Under the pieces are notes generated by a model, which worked only from the letters and a program-made list of their open reading frames with translations, was not told the DNA's origin and did no database searches. From an uncultured Bifidobacterium sp. (GTDB lineage Bacteria; Pseudomonadota; Gammaproteobacteria; Burkholderiales; Burkholderiaceae_D), in NCBI GenBank assembly GCA_964613635.1, contig CAZTIF010000003.1:1-63091 (forward strand): 63,091 nucleotides of DNA, given 5' to 3'. Below are positions 47,885-58,599 of this stretch, piece after piece. Position 1 is the first letter of the stretch. Every line of letters starts with the position of its first letter. Position numbers and translations under genes: made by a program.

Positions 47885-48850
47885 TTAACCCGCTGCCTCG
47901 TCCTCGGCGAACAGCGATATCACCGAATCGCCGCGGCTGATGCGGCGGATGGTCTCGGCCAGCAGCGGCGCGCAGCTCAGCTGGCGGATCTTGCTGCAGC
48001 CCTTCGCCGCGTCGCTCAGCGGGATGGTGTTGGTGACGACCAGTTCGTCCAGCGGCGACTTCTGGATGCGCTCGATCGCCGGGCCCGACAGCACCGGGTG
48101 CGTGCAGTAGGCCACGACTTTCTTCGCGCCGCGCTCCTTGAGCACCTCGGCCGCCTTGGTCAGCGTGCCGGCGGTGTCGACCATGTCATCCATGATCACG
48201 CAGTTGCGGCCCTCGACCTCGCCGATGATGTGCATGACTTCCGATACATTGGCCTTCGGGCGGCGCTTGTCGATGATTGCCAGGTCGCAGCCCAGCTTCT
48301 TCGCCAGCGCGCGCGCGCGCACCACGCCGCCGACGTCCGGCGACACGACCAGCAGGTCTTCGTAATTCTTTTTCACCAGGTCTTCAAGCAGCACCGGCGA
48401 CGCGTAGATGTTGTCGACCGGGATGTCGAAGAAGCCCTGGATCTGGTCTGCGTGCAGGTCCATGATCAGCACGCGGCCGACGCCGACGTCCTGCAGCATG
48501 TTGGCCACCACCTTGGCCGAGATCGCGACGCGCGCCGAGCGCGGGCGGCGATCCTGGCGCGCATAGCCGTAGTACGGCAGCACGGCGGTGATGCGGCCGG
48601 CCGACGCGCGCTTGAGCGCATCGACCATCAGCATGATTTCCATCAGGGTGTCATTGGTCGGCGCGCAGGTGGACTGCAGCACGAATACGTCCTTGCCGCG
48701 CACGTTCTCGTTGATCTCGACCATGATCTCGCCGTCGGAGAAGCGGGTCACGACAGCCTTGCCGAGCGGGATCCCGAGCTGCTGGGCGACACCGGCCGCG
48801 AGTTCCGGGGTGGCCGTGCCGGTGAAGACCATCAGGTTTTCGTGGGCCAT
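47885..48850 (-). CDS. prs: Ribose-phosphate pyrophosphokinase
   Basis: [37 protein letters not shown]. Confidence 0.98.
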   Translation of the reverse strand: MAHENLMVFTGTATPELAAGVAQQLGIPLGKAVVTRFSDGEIMVEINENVRGKDVFVLQSTCAPTNDTLMEIMLMVDALKRASAGRITAVLPYYGYARQDRRPRSARVAISAKVVANMLQDVGVGRVLIMDLHADQIQGFFDIPVDNIYASPVLLEDLVKKNYEDLLVVSPDVGGVVRARALAKKLGCDLAIIDKRRPKANVSEVMHIIGEVEGRNCVIMDDMVDTAGTLTKAAEVLKERGAKKVVAYCTHPVLSGPAIERIQKSPLDELVVTNTIPLSDAAKGCSKIRQLSCAPLLAETIRRISRGDSVISLFAEDEAAG

Positions 48851-49019
48851 GGTTGCTGAATCACCTAGAAGTTGTGAAAGCTGCCGGGACGGTGCGCGAC
48901 GCATGCACCGGGGCCCGAATCGAAAAACGCCTGCGGCTCGTGAGAGCATCGCAGGCGGCGTTCGGCTTTCATTGTGTTGTCGTCGGGGCCCGCGGCATCA
49001 TGCCTGCGGGCCGATTCAA

Positions 49020-49096
49020 TGGCAGGGGAACAAGGATTCGAACCTTGGAATGCCGGAATCAAAATCCGGTGCCTTAACCAACTTGGCGATTCCCCT
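49020..49096 (-). tRNA. tRNA-Gln (TTG)
   Basis: AGGGGAA/TTCCCCT acceptor stem, CCGGA-TTTTGAT-TCCGG anticodon arm, GGTTCGAATCC, encoded CCA. Canonical ispE-tRNA-Gln-prs position. Confidence 0.97.
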
Positions 49097-49137
49097 ACAC
49101 AACCTGTTGTCCGGCCGATCGGCCAGACGAATTCGTT

Positions 49138-50004
49138 TCACGACTTCAGCAGCGTTGCCAGCGGGTGCGCCGCCAGCGACTGCGTCTTCCAGCTGCGCCA
49201 TCGTGAAGGCACTTGCCGGAGCACCGCATCCGCATCGCTTTCCGATGCAAAGGCGGCAAACACACAGGCGCCGGAGCCGGTCATCCGTGCATCGCCATGA
49301 TCCGACAGCCACTCGAGGGCGTCTGCGACCGGCGGGAATGCGCGGGCGGCTACTGCTTGCAAGTCGTTTTTACCGTACACCGGGAGGTGCGTGGAAAAGT
49401 CCGCTATTCTGACGACTTTGGTGTCCCGAGTCAATTCCCTTGATTGAAAAATTATGGGCGTCGGTACCGACACGCCCGGATGCACCAGAACGAACCATGC
49501 CGGCGGGGTCGAGATGGGCGTCAATTGTTCGCCGATGCCCTCGACAAACGCATTCTCCCCGAGCAGGAAGAAAGGCACATCCGCACCGAGCTGCAGGCCC
49601 AGCCGCATCAGCTGCGCACGCTCGAGGCCGGTCTGCCACAGGTGGTTCAGCACCATCAGCGTGGTGGCTGCGTCCGACGAGCCGCCGCCGATGCCGCCGC
49701 CCATCGGCAGCTGCTTGTGGATGGCGATGTCGGCGCCGGGCGCCGTGATGCCGCGTTCGGCCGCCGCCGCCTGCAGCAGCCGCGCGGCCCGCACCGTCAG
49801 GTCGATGTCGGCCGGCACTCCGGCGATGTCGGTCGTGCGGACGATGCGGCCGTCATCGCGCAAATCGAAATCCAGCGTGTCGCACAGGTCGATCAGCTGG
49901 AACACCGACTGCAGCAGGTGGTAGCCATCGGCGCGCCGGCCGGTCACGTGCAGGAACAGGTTCAGCTTGGCCGGCGCGGCGCAGCCATGCAGGAAATCAG
50001 GCAT
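49138..50004 (-). CDS. ispE: 4-diphosphocytidyl-2-C-methyl-D-erythritol kinase
   Basis: [39 protein letters not shown]. Confidence 0.97.
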   Translation of the reverse strand: MPDFLHGCAAPAKLNLFLHVTGRRADGYHLLQSVFQLIDLCDTLDFDLRDDGRIVRTTDIAGVPADIDLTVRAARLLQAAAAERGITAPGADIAIHKQLPMGGGIGGGSSDAATTLMVLNHLWQTGLERAQLMRLGLQLGADVPFFLLGENAFVEGIGEQLTPISTPPAWFVLVHPGVSVPTPIIFQSRELTRDTKVVRIADFSTHLPVYGKNDLQAVAARAFPPVADALEWLSDHGDARMTGSGACVFAAFASESDADAVLRQVPSRWRSWKTQSLAAHPLATLLKS

Positions 50005-50007
50005 CGC

Positions 50008-50586
50008 TCAGTTCGCTTCGCGCCAGTCGTCGATCACGAAGCGCAGCACGATCTCGCCCAGCTGCGCATCGATGCGCTTGGGCACGGCCACCTGGCCGCT
50101 GGCCTGCCAGCTCGGATAGCTGAGCCGCCAGCCTTCGCTCTCGAGCTGTGCCGGGCCTTCCGGCATGGCCGCCTGCAGGCGGCCGCCGGCGTCGCGCACA
50201 AAGCCCTGCAGCCAGTAACGCATGCCATCGACCGGCAGCGGCCAGCCGAGCGCATCCTCGGTCAGCAGGTCGGCGCTGGCGGCCTGGCGGCGCACGCCGC
50301 CCGACTGCTCCAGCGTCGCCACGCCGGGCGCGATCGTGATGCGCGCCAGCGTCTGGCCCAGCGGGGAATAGATTTCGATATCGGTGCCGTCGCGGCGCTG
50401 GCTCCACAGGAACTTGCCCTGCACCGACTGGGTTTTGTCCTGCACCGGATAGCGCACCGACAGGCGGCCGGCCAGCGTCAGTTCGTCAAGGTAGCTGCGC
50501 GCGCCGGCGGGCAGCGGCGCGACCGACGTGCAGCCGGCCAGCGCCGCCAGTGCCAGCGCGGCCGACAGCAGGAACAAGCGGCGCAT
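50008..50586 (-). CDS. lolB: Outer membrane lipoprotein LolB
   Basis: Lipobox LAGC, SPLGQT, LGWPLP...YWL.G. Position upstream of ispE. Confidence 0.9.
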   Translation of the reverse strand: MRRLFLLSAALALAALAGCTSVAPLPAGARSYLDELTLAGRLSVRYPVQDKTQSVQGKFLWSQRRDGTDIEIYSPLGQTLARITIAPGVATLEQSGGVRRQAASADLLTEDALGWPLPVDGMRYWLQGFVRDAGGRLQAAMPEGPAQLESEGWRLSYPSWQASGQVAVPKRIDAQLGEIVLRFVIDDWREAN

Positions 50587-50594
50587 TGCGCGGC

Positions 50595-52322
50595 TCAGAG
50601 CTTGACCTGCAGGCGCTGCAAGGTGCCCTTCAGCGTCGAGTTCTTCGGATCCTTCGCATTCGCGTCACGCCACAGCTGGCGCGCCTCGTCTTCGCGACCG
50701 AGCACCCACAACACTTCGCCGAGGTGGGCGGCGATCTCCGGGTCGGCCTTGATGCCGAATGCGCGGCGCAGCGTCTTCTCGGCCTGCTCGTAGCGGCCGA
50801 GGCGGAATTCGACCCAGCCGAGGCTGTCCATGATGAACGGATCCTCGGGCGCAAGATCGCTGGCCTTGCGGATCAGGTCATACGCTTCCTGCAGACGGAT
50901 GTTGCGGTCGGCCAGCGAGTAGCCGAGCGCGTTGTACGCATGCTGGTTGTCCGGCGCGACCTGCATGATGCGGCGCAGTTCGCGCTCCATCAGGTCGAGC
51001 TGGTTCGCCTTTTCGGCCAGCATCGCATGCTCGTACAGCAGGTCGACGTTGTCCTTGCTGGACTGCAGCGCATCGGCCACCAGCTTCAGCGCCTCGTCGA
51101 GGCGGCCGGCGTCGCGCAGCAGCTGCGCCTCGTTGACGATCAGCCGGGCGCGCTCGTCCTCGCCCTCCACCTCGGTGTCGCGCAGGATCTCGCGCGCCTC
51201 GTCGAGCCGGCCGCTCCTGGCCAGCAGTTGCGCGCGCTTGACGGTGGCGGCGATGTAGTTGGACGGGTTGGCCGGATCGACCATCTCCAGCCACTTCATT
51301 GCGCCGGCGCTGTCGTTGCGCTCCTCCGCGATCTGCGCGAGCACCAGCAGCGCCTGGCTCGAGTCGCGCTCGCGGTCGGGCTGGCCGTCGAGCGTCGCGA
51401 TGTAGGCCGACAGGTATTTTTCGGCCGACGGCAGGTCGCTGGCCTGCACCGACAGCAGGCCGAGCGCATACAGCGTGGTCTGGTCGTTCGGGTACTGCTG
51501 CAGCAGGGTCTCGAACTGCGCGCGCGCGTCAGCCACCCGGTTCTGCTCGAACAGCATGCGCGAGTAGGCCAGCCGCACGTCGCGCGCCTTCGGGTTCGCC
51601 TGCAGGAAGTCGCCCAGCACCTTGGCTGACTCCGCCTTGTCCTCGATCACCTGCGCCAGCGTCAGCGCCGCCACCTCGGACGACGGATGGCGCGCCAGCG
51701 CCGCACGCGCTTCGGTCAATGCGACCGCGCGTTCGCCGCTCACCATCGCGGTCTGCGCCAGCGTCAGCAGCACCTCGAGCGAGTCGCGATAGGGTTCGAG
51801 CAGTTCGCGCAGCAGCGCCATGCCGCGCTTGCGATCGCTCATGCGCGCCAGTTGACGCTGCACCGAGACGATCGTCGCCGGCAGCGCTTCGGGCGTGGCG
51901 GCGGCCAGTTGCAGGGCGAGCGACTGCTTGGCCTCGTCGATGCGGCCATTCGCGACCAGCAGACTGACCAGCGTTTGCGCCGCCTCTTCCGAGTGCGGCG
52001 CCAGTTCGCGCCAGACACGCGCCGCCTTCAGCGCCTCGGCGCTCAGCGAGCCGGCGGCGGCAATCTCGGTCGCGCGCCGGGCCAGGCGGGCGTCACGGGA
52101 GCTGCGCGCCAGCGCGAGCATGGTCGCGTACGCGGAGAAGGCCTCGCCGCGCTGGAAGGCCAGCTCGGCCGCGAGGTACTTGTACATCACCTCGGGGGTC
52201 AGCACGACGTTCGGCAGCGTCTCTTGCCGCGCTGTCTTGTCCGGTGTGGCGGGCGCCGCCTGCGCCGTTGCGGCTGACGTGAGCAGCGCGGTCAGGGTTA
52301 GAATGGTCGACAGTTTTTTCAA
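50595..52322 (-). CDS. Exported tetratricopeptide repeat protein
   Basis: TTG start, signal peptide, TPR arrays, NALGYSLADRN, DSLGWV, EIAAHLGEVLW. Confidence 0.9.
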   Translation of the reverse strand: MKKLSTILTLTALLTSAATAQAAPATPDKTARQETLPNVVLTPEVMYKYLAAELAFQRGEAFSAYATMLALARSSRDARLARRATEIAAAGSLSAEALKAARVWRELAPHSEEAAQTLVSLLVANGRIDEAKQSLALQLAAATPEALPATIVSVQRQLARMSDRKRGMALLRELLEPYRDSLEVLLTLAQTAMVSGERAVALTEARAALARHPSSEVAALTLAQVIEDKAESAKVLGDFLQANPKARDVRLAYSRMLFEQNRVADARAQFETLLQQYPNDQTTLYALGLLSVQASDLPSAEKYLSAYIATLDGQPDRERDSSQALLVLAQIAEERNDSAGAMKWLEMVDPANPSNYIAATVKRAQLLARSGRLDEAREILRDTEVEGEDERARLIVNEAQLLRDAGRLDEALKLVADALQSSKDNVDLLYEHAMLAEKANQLDLMERELRRIMQVAPDNQHAYNALGYSLADRNIRLQEAYDLIRKASDLAPEDPFIMDSLGWVEFRLGRYEQAEKTLRRAFGIKADPEIAAHLGEVLWVLGREDEARQLWRDANAKDPKNSTLKGTLQRLQVKL

Positions 52323-52455
52323 TTGGATTCCCGTGCGATGGGGCGAGACCGACAGCGCCGCGCCAACTCGGATGTGCAGGTGAACGGGGATTTTACGCCG
52401 AAAGCCGCAAACGCCCGCCGACCCGCCTCGACCCGTCCCGCCACGGACCTTGCGC

Positions 52456-53277
52456 ATGCCTGAACTCCCAGAAGTCGAAGTCACCCGGCGCGGCATCGCG
52501 CCCCATGTCGAGGGCCGCACCGTCACCGGCGTGGTATTGCGCCGCAGCGGACTGCGCTGGCCTTTCCCGGACGGATTGCCGGCCCTGCTGCACGGCCGGG
52601 TCGTGCGCTCCACCGCGCGCCGCGGCAAGTACCTGCTGCTGCGTTTCGACCACGGCACCCTGATTATCCACCTCGGCATGTCCGGGCATTTGCGCGTGAT
52701 TCCTGCCGGCCTGCCGGCGCAGAAGCACGACCATGTCGACATCGAGCTTGGGCCTCGGCTGGTGCGCTTCACCGATCCGCGCCGCTTCGGCGCGGTGCTC
52801 TGGCATCCGCACGAAGAAGGCGACGTCGAACAGCACCTGCTGCTGCGCAGCCTCGGAGTCGAACCGATCGGCTGCGCCGACCTGGCCGAGCGGCTGTATC
52901 GCGGCACGCGCGGCCGCAGCGCCGCCGTCAAGCAGGTGCTGCTGGCGGGGGACATCGTGGTCGGCGTCGGCAACATCTATGCGTGCGAGAGCCTGTTCGA
53001 ATCCGGCATCCATCCGGCCACGGCGGCCGGCCGGATCTCGCGCGAGCGCCATGCGCGGCTCGCGCAGGCGATACAGCGCGTACTGGCTGCGGCGATCGAG
53101 CAGGGCGGCAGCAGCCTGCGCGACTTCATCGGCGTCGATGGCGCGTCCGGCTATTTCCAGCAGAGCTATTTCGTCTATGACCGCGAGGGCGAGCCCTGCC
53201 GGCAGTGCGGCCAGGCCGTGCGCCGCATCGTGCAGGGACAGCGCTCGACCTTCTACTGCGTGCGCTGCCAGCACTGA
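52456..53277 (+). CDS. mutM: Formamidopyrimidine-DNA glycosylase
   Basis: [26 protein letters not shown]-terminal zinc finger. Confidence 0.98.
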   Translation: MPELPEVEVTRRGIAPHVEGRTVTGVVLRRSGLRWPFPDGLPALLHGRVVRSTARRGKYLLLRFDHGTLIIHLGMSGHLRVIPAGLPAQKHDHVDIELGPRLVRFTDPRRFGAVLWHPHEEGDVEQHLLLRSLGVEPIGCADLAERLYRGTRGRSAAVKQVLLAGDIVVGVGNIYACESLFESGIHPATAAGRISRERHARLAQAIQRVLAAAIEQGGSSLRDFIGVDGASGYFQQSYFVYDREGEPCRQCGQAVRRIVQGQRSTFYCVRCQH

Positions 53278-53283
53278 ACGACG

Positions 53284-54387
53284 ATGAAACGCATCACCGA
53301 CAGCGCCTGTGCGCCCGCCGACCCGAGCTTTTCCGAACTGCTGATCGCCTGGCAGAAGCGCCACGGCCGCCACCAGTTGCCATGGCAGCAGACGCGTGAC
53401 GCCTACCGCATCTGGTTGTCCGAGATCATGCTGCAGCAGACACAGGTCGCCACCGTGATCCCGTACTACCAGCGCTTCCTGCAGCGCTTTCCCGACGTCG
53501 CCGCGCTGGCTGCCGCGCCGGTCGAGGAAGTGATGGCGCTGTGGGCCGGGCTGGGCTACTACACCCGCGCGCGCAACCTGCATCGCTGCGCGCAGGCCGT
53601 GGTCGAGCGGCACGGCGGGCGCTTTCCCGCCGACGCTGCGCTGCTGGCCGAACTGCCGGGCATCGGCCAGTCGACGGCCGCAGCGATTGCGGCGTTTGCC
53701 TACGGCGCGCGCGCGGCCATTTTGGATGGCAACGTCAAGCGCGTGTTCTGCCGCGTGTTCGGCATCGAGGGTTTTCCGGCGCAGACGGCGGTCGAGCGCC
53801 AGCTGTGGCTGCGCGCCGAAGCCTTGCTGCCGGCGCAGTACATCGAGGCGTACACGCAGGGGCTGATGGATCTCGGCGCGACGCTGTGCACGCGCAGCCG
53901 TCCGCGCTGCGGCGACTGCCCGATGCAGTCGCGTTGCGTTGCGCACGCAAGCGGCCGCACCGCCGAACTGCCGCAGCGCAAGCCGAAGAAGGCGACGCCG
54001 GAAAAATCGACCGTGATGCTGCTGGTGCTGCACGACGGAGAGGTTTTGCTCGAGCAGCGGCCGCCGGCGGGCATCTGGGGCGGGCTGTTGTCATTGCCGG
54101 AGCTGGACCGCCTTGGCGGCGATGCGCAATGCGCGGACCTGGGCGCCGAGCTGGGCAGCGCGCTGGCGTCGTTCGGCGAACCGGCGTCCGTCGAGATGCT
54201 GCCGGAGTTCATTCACGTGTTTACGCACTTCCGGCTGCGCGTGACGCCGGTGCGCGTGCGGCTGTCACGGCGGCATGCCGTCGCGGCGCAGCGCGCATAT
54301 GCATGGCTGCCACTGGGCGCTGCAGCCGACGCGGGCCTGCCGTCGCCGGTCAGGAAGCTGGTGGACTGGTTGCGACTGGAGGGCTGA
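53284..54387 (+). CDS. mutY: A/G-specific adenine glycosylase
   Basis: WLSEIMLQQTQV, GLGYY.RARN, LPGIG, LDGNVKRV, Fe-S cysteines. Confidence 0.97.
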   Translation: MKRITDSACAPADPSFSELLIAWQKRHGRHQLPWQQTRDAYRIWLSEIMLQQTQVATVIPYYQRFLQRFPDVAALAAAPVEEVMALWAGLGYYTRARNLHRCAQAVVERHGGRFPADAALLAELPGIGQSTAAAIAAFAYGARAAILDGNVKRVFCRVFGIEGFPAQTAVERQLWLRAEALLPAQYIEAYTQGLMDLGATLCTRSRPRCGDCPMQSRCVAHASGRTAELPQRKPKKATPEKSTVMLLVLHDGEVLLEQRPPAGIWGGLLSLPELDRLGGDAQCADLGAELGSALASFGEPASVEMLPEFIHVFTHFRLRVTPVRVRLSRRHAVAAQRAYAWLPLGAAADAGLPSPVRKLVDWLRLEG

Positions 54388-54431
54388 GGGAGAGGGCGTT
54401 CGATGCGTTGAAAGTGCGGGCCGCAGCCTGC

Positions 54432-55085
54432 TCACAGCACGCCGTTCTCGCGCAGGTACTTTTCGACGCGCTGCAGACGCGCCGAGGTATCCGACATTTC
54501 CAGCAGCGCCTGCTTGTCTTCCAGCGATATCGGCAGCATCTCGCTCCAGCGGTTCGCGACCCAGCCGGCATCGTCGAGCCGGTGCGGTTCGGGGAAGGGA
54601 TTGATGAAGCCGTCCGCGGCTTCCTGCTGCACGCGCTGCTGCAGGTCGTCGATCAGCACGCGCAGCACGTTCGCGCACAGCGGCAGCGCTGCGCCGGCCG
54701 CGTGGGTGTCGGCTTCCTCTGCAATCGCCTCGGTGCGCGCCTCGATCAGCTGGCTGGGCCGTGTGCGCGTCTCGATGATGCGGAAGCGTCCGCCGCCACG
54801 CGTGTTCAGCAGCAGCACGCCGAACTCCGGCATGTCCCATTCGGTGATATGCGCCAGCGTGCCCACCTGACAAGGCTCGGCTGCCTGCCCCACCTCGCTG
54901 CCCGAGCGGATCGCGACCACGCCGAACGGCGCGCCGGCCTTCATTCGTTCGCGGATCATGTCCACATAACGCGTCTCGAAGACCCGCAGCGGCAGCACGC
55001 CGTCGGGGAACAGTACGGTCTTCAGCGGGAACAGCGGCAGCCAGTCATCGGCTTGCGCCGCCGGCCCTGTCGAGCGGGTATTCAT
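54432..55085 (-). CDS. LON peptidase substrate-binding domain protein
   Basis: LPLFPL.TVLFP.G.LPLRVFE.RY, KQALLE. Confidence 0.9.
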   Translation of the reverse strand: MNTRSTGPAAQADDWLPLFPLKTVLFPDGVLPLRVFETRYVDMIRERMKAGAPFGVVAIRSGSEVGQAAEPCQVGTLAHITEWDMPEFGVLLLNTRGGGRFRIIETRTRPSQLIEARTEAIAEEADTHAAGAALPLCANVLRVLIDDLQQRVQQEAADGFINPFPEPHRLDDAGWVANRWSEMLPISLEDKQALLEMSDTSARLQRVEKYLRENGVL

Positions 55086-55093
55086 CAGCAGGT

Positions 55094-55960
55094 TCAATCC
55101 AGTTCGCGATGACGCACCAGCACGCGCGCACGGTCGCGGAAGTCGCGCGCCAGCTGTTCGACCATGAACACCGAGCGATGCTGTCCGCCGGTGCAGCCGA
55201 TGGCCACCGTCAGGTAGCTGCGGTTGTCGCGCTCGAACGCGGGCAGCCATTTGTCGACGAAGCCGCGAATGTCCGACAGCAGCGCGAGCGCTTCCGGCTG
55301 GCTGTGCAGGAAGTCGATGACGGGCTGGTCCCTGCCGGTCAGCGGGCGCAGCTGCTTGTCGTAAAACGGGTTCGGCACCACGCGCACGTCGAACACCAGG
55401 TCGGCGTCGAGCGGCACGCCGTACTTGAACGCGAACGATTCGAACAGCAGCGACAGCGGCGCGCTGTGCCCGTTCTGCACCAGTTCGCGTATCCACGCGC
55501 GCAGCTGGTTGGCCGACAGTCCCGAGGTGTCGATCAGGTGGCCCAGCCCTTCGATCTCGGCCAGCATGTCGCGCTCGCGGCGTATGCATTCGATCAGTGT
55601 CGGCGTCTGCTCCTGCGGCGCATCCAGCGTGATCCGGTGCGACAGCGGGTGGCTGCGGCGGGTCTCGGAAAAGCGATTGATCAGCGATTCGGTCTTGGCG
55701 GTCAGGAAGACGACGTCGACGGCATGGCCTTCGGATTTCATCCAGCTGATCGCATCCGGCAGGTCGGCCAGCGATGCGGCGCTGCGTGCGTCCACGGCGA
55801 CGGCCAGCTTGTCCTCGCCTTCGGCGACACGGGCGCCCACCAGCGAGCGCAGCAGTGAAGGCGGCAGGTTGTCGACGCAGAAATAGCCGGCGTCTTCGAG
55901 GGCGTTCAGGCAGACCGACTTGCCGGAGCCGGAAATGCCGGTGAGAAGAATGATGCGCAT
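55094..55960 (-). CDS. rapZ: RNase adapter RapZ
   Basis: GISGSGKS, CVDNLP, RFSETRR.HP, GCTGGQHRSV. Confidence 0.96.
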   Translation of the reverse strand: MRIILLTGISGSGKSVCLNALEDAGYFCVDNLPPSLLRSLVGARVAEGEDKLAVAVDARSAASLADLPDAISWMKSEGHAVDVVFLTAKTESLINRFSETRRSHPLSHRITLDAPQEQTPTLIECIRRERDMLAEIEGLGHLIDTSGLSANQLRAWIRELVQNGHSAPLSLLFESFAFKYGVPLDADLVFDVRVVPNPFYDKQLRPLTGRDQPVIDFLHSQPEALALLSDIRGFVDKWLPAFERDNRSYLTVAIGCTGGQHRSVFMVEQLARDFRDRARVLVRHRELD

Positions 55961-56030
55961 GCGCGCATGATAGCGGAAAGCACTGCAGGAAAGACCCGGC
56001 GGAAAGACGGGCGCGCGCGAGCAGCGGACT

Positions 56031-56969
56031 TTACTCGCCGTCCATTGCGCGCTGCTGGCGCTCCATGAAATTGGCGAGCGTGTCGATGCCGCGCATCTGC
56101 AGGATGTTGTTGCGCACCGCGGCCTCGAGCAGCACCGCGATGTTGCGGCCGGCCTCGACCGGGATCACCACCTTGCGGATTGGCAGGCCGAGCACATCCT
56201 GCGTGTGCTGGTTCAGCGGCAGCCTTTCGTAGTTTTCCTCGAGGGTCTTGCGGCGCACGAGGTGCACGATCAGCTTCAACCGCATCTTGCGGCGCACCGC
56301 GGTCTCGCCAAAAATGGTCTTGATGTCGAGCAGGCCGAGGCCGCGCACCTCGAGCAGGTTTTGCAGCAGCGGCGGGCAGCGTCCTTCGATCATGTTCGGC
56401 GCGATGCGCGCGAATTCGACCGCGTCGTCAGCCACCAGCCCGTGGTTGCGCGAGATCAGTTCGAGGCCGAGTTCACTCTTGCCTAGCCCGGATTCACCGG
56501 TGATCAGCACGCCCACGCCGAGCACGTCCATGAACACGCCATGCATCGTGACGCGGCTGGCGAGCTTTTTCGACAGGTAGACGCGCAGGAAGTCGATCAC
56601 CTGCGCGGCCGGCAGCGGCGTGCAGAGCAGCGGGATGTTGTGTTCGTTGCAGACCTGGACGATGTACGGATGCGGCTCCAGCGACTGCGCGATGATGAAG
56701 GCCGGCGGCGAGCCGGCGACCAGTTCGCGCGTCTGGAACAGGCGGCTGTTTTCGGAAATGCGCAGGAAGTAATCGCGTTCCTGCTGGCCGAACACCTGGA
56801 TGCGGCCGGGGTGGATCAGGTTCAGGTGGCCCACCTGGTCGGCGGCCGACGCGGCATCGCCGTAGATCACCCGGTCGCTGCCCGCCTGTCCGCCCAGCCA
56901 GCCGAGCCGCAGCGACTCGTGGTTGTCTTCGTACAGCTGCTGGATCGACAGGGGGATGTTGGAGGGCAT
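56031..56969 (-). CDS. hprK: HPr(Ser) kinase/phosphorylase
   Basis: [24 protein letters not shown]. Confidence 0.97.
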   Translation of the reverse strand: MPSNIPLSIQQLYEDNHESLRLGWLGGQAGSDRVIYGDAASAADQVGHLNLIHPGRIQVFGQQERDYFLRISENSRLFQTRELVAGSPPAFIIAQSLEPHPYIVQVCNEHNIPLLCTPLPAAQVIDFLRVYLSKKLASRVTMHGVFMDVLGVGVLITGESGLGKSELGLELISRNHGLVADDAVEFARIAPNMIEGRCPPLLQNLLEVRGLGLLDIKTIFGETAVRRKMRLKLIVHLVRRKTLEENYERLPLNQHTQDVLGLPIRKVVIPVEAGRNIAVLLEAAVRNNILQMRGIDTLANFMERQQRAMDGE

Positions 56970-56973
56970 GGGC

Positions 56974-57447
56974 TCAGGCCGGGCTGCGTTCGGACGGTTG
57001 CCAGTTCACCAGGCGCTGGTGCAGCGCCGCCGCGTCCGCATCTTCGGACATCGCCGCGCGGAAGCCTTTGTCGGAAAACATTTCAGCGATTTCGGACAGG
57101 ATTTCGAGGTGCTGCTGGGTGACGTTGTCCGGGATCAGCAGGAAGACCAACAGCTTCACCGGCTCGCCGTCGGGCGACTCGAAGGGAATCGCCTCGGCCA
57201 GCCGCACGAAGGCCGCCAGCGGCGCCTTCAGCCCGCGAATCCGGCCGTGCGGCACGGCCACGCCGTGGCCCAGACCGGTGGAGCCGAGCCGTTCGCGGGC
57301 GAACAGGTTGTCCGACACGGTCGAGCGCGCGATGCCGCAGTTGTTCTCGAAGATCAGGCCAGCCTGCTCGAAAGCGCGCTTCTTGCTGGAACATTCCAGG
57401 TCAAGCACGACATTCTTCACCGGGAGGATTTGGCTGAATTGGGTCAT
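56974..57447 (-). CDS. ptsN: PTS IIA-like nitrogen regulatory protein
   Basis: [19 protein letters not shown]. Adjacent to hprK. Confidence 0.93.
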   Translation of the reverse strand: MTQFSQILPVKNVVLDLECSSKKRAFEQAGLIFENNCGIARSTVSDNLFARERLGSTGLGHGVAVPHGRIRGLKAPLAAFVRLAEAIPFESPDGEPVKLLVFLLIPDNVTQQHLEILSEIAEMFSDKGFRAAMSEDADAAALHQRLVNWQPSERSPA

Positions 57448-57588
57448 GATGCATTGCACAAAAATGGCATTTGCGACGAATTATAGGAGCTTTCCCAACG
57501 CAGCGTAAAAAATGTCGGCTACGCGCTGGTCGGGTATTCCCTTCGATCCGGCCAGCGTCAAATCGCTCATCGTGGAAGGCCGGCGCGC

Positions 57589-58428
57589 TTATTGACGTGC
57601 GTTGCGGTCGTTTGACGGCATTTTCGACAGGGAGAAGTTGCTGCGCCAGGGGTTGATGTCAATGCCGCCGCGGCGGGTGTAACGCGCGGTTACCAGCAGC
57701 TTGGCCGGTTGGCAGGCGCGCAGGATGTCCATGAAGATTCGCTCGACGCATTGTTCATGGAATTCCTGGTGGTTGCGGAAGCCGATCAGGTAGCGCAGCA
57801 GGCCTTCCTGGTCGATCGGCTGGCCGACATAGCGGATCTGCACGCTGGCCCAGTCAGGCTGGTTGGTGACGAGGCAATTCGATTTCAGCAGGTGCGACAC
57901 CAGCGTCTCATCGACCGGCGCCTCGTCGGCGTTCACCTTCAGCAGCGACGGTGCCGGCTCGTAATGGTCGACGTCGATGTCGAGGCGGTCCAGCAGCAGG
58001 CCGTCGAGCTCGCCCATCTTCAGCTTGCCGAAATCTTCGGCCAGCGTCAGTTTCACTTGCACGGTCGCGCCGAAGGCATTCGACAGGTCGGCGCGCAGCA
58101 GTTCGAGCAGCGCGTCCGAGCCGGCCACCTTCGACTGGTTCAGCGAGTTGAAGTAGAGCTTCATCGACTTCGACTCGACGATGTTCGGCGTGTCCGCCGG
58201 CACCTGCAAGGTGGCGATGGCGACCTGCGGCTTGCCGCGCATGTTCAGCCACGACACTTCATAGGCATTCCAGACATCCATGCCGAAGAAGGGCAGCGTG
58301 CCCGACAGGCCGAGCTCCGCGCGCTTGTCCGCGCGCGGCATCGGGAACAGCAGCGTCGGGTCGTAGCTGGCCTGGTAGGGGGTGGATTTGCCGAGGGGGG
58401 AGTTGGAGGGGGTGTTGGGTGAGGTCAT
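57589..58428 (-). CDS. queF: NADPH-dependent 7-cyano-7-deazaguanine reductase
   Basis: [33 protein letters not shown]. Confidence 0.96.
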   Translation of the reverse strand: MTSPNTPSNSPLGKSTPYQASYDPTLLFPMPRADKRAELGLSGTLPFFGMDVWNAYEVSWLNMRGKPQVAIATLQVPADTPNIVESKSMKLYFNSLNQSKVAGSDALLELLRADLSNAFGATVQVKLTLAEDFGKLKMGELDGLLLDRLDIDVDHYEPAPSLLKVNADEAPVDETLVSHLLKSNCLVTNQPDWASVQIRYVGQPIDQEGLLRYLIGFRNHQEFHEQCVERIFMDILRACQPAKLLVTARYTRRGGIDINPWRSNFSLSKMPSNDRNARQ

Positions 58429-58450
58429 TTAAGCTGACTGTGTGCAGTCA

Positions 58451-58551
58451 TGGATTCCAGCTTGCGCTGGAATGACGATTGTGCGGCTGACAGCCTTTGA
58501 CACGTCATCCCAGCCACCGCCCCAGCAAAAGCTGGGGGCAAGCTGGGATCC
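58451..58551. repeat. Pair of inverted REP-like palindromic units
   Basis: Unit 1 (minus strand) gtcattccagcgcaagctggaatcca. Unit 2 (plus strand) gtcatcccagc...gcaagctgggatcca with an inserted cccagc-aaaa-gctggg hairpin. Confidence 0.7.
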
Positions 58552-58599
58552 ATCGTCGCTCTACGAAAAATGCGGTTCAAAGCGTAAAAAGCAAAAGAA

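Noticed and set aside
49020..49096. tRNA-Gln as island attachment site
   Set aside because: Flanked by core genes, and I saw no duplicated 3' end or integrase.
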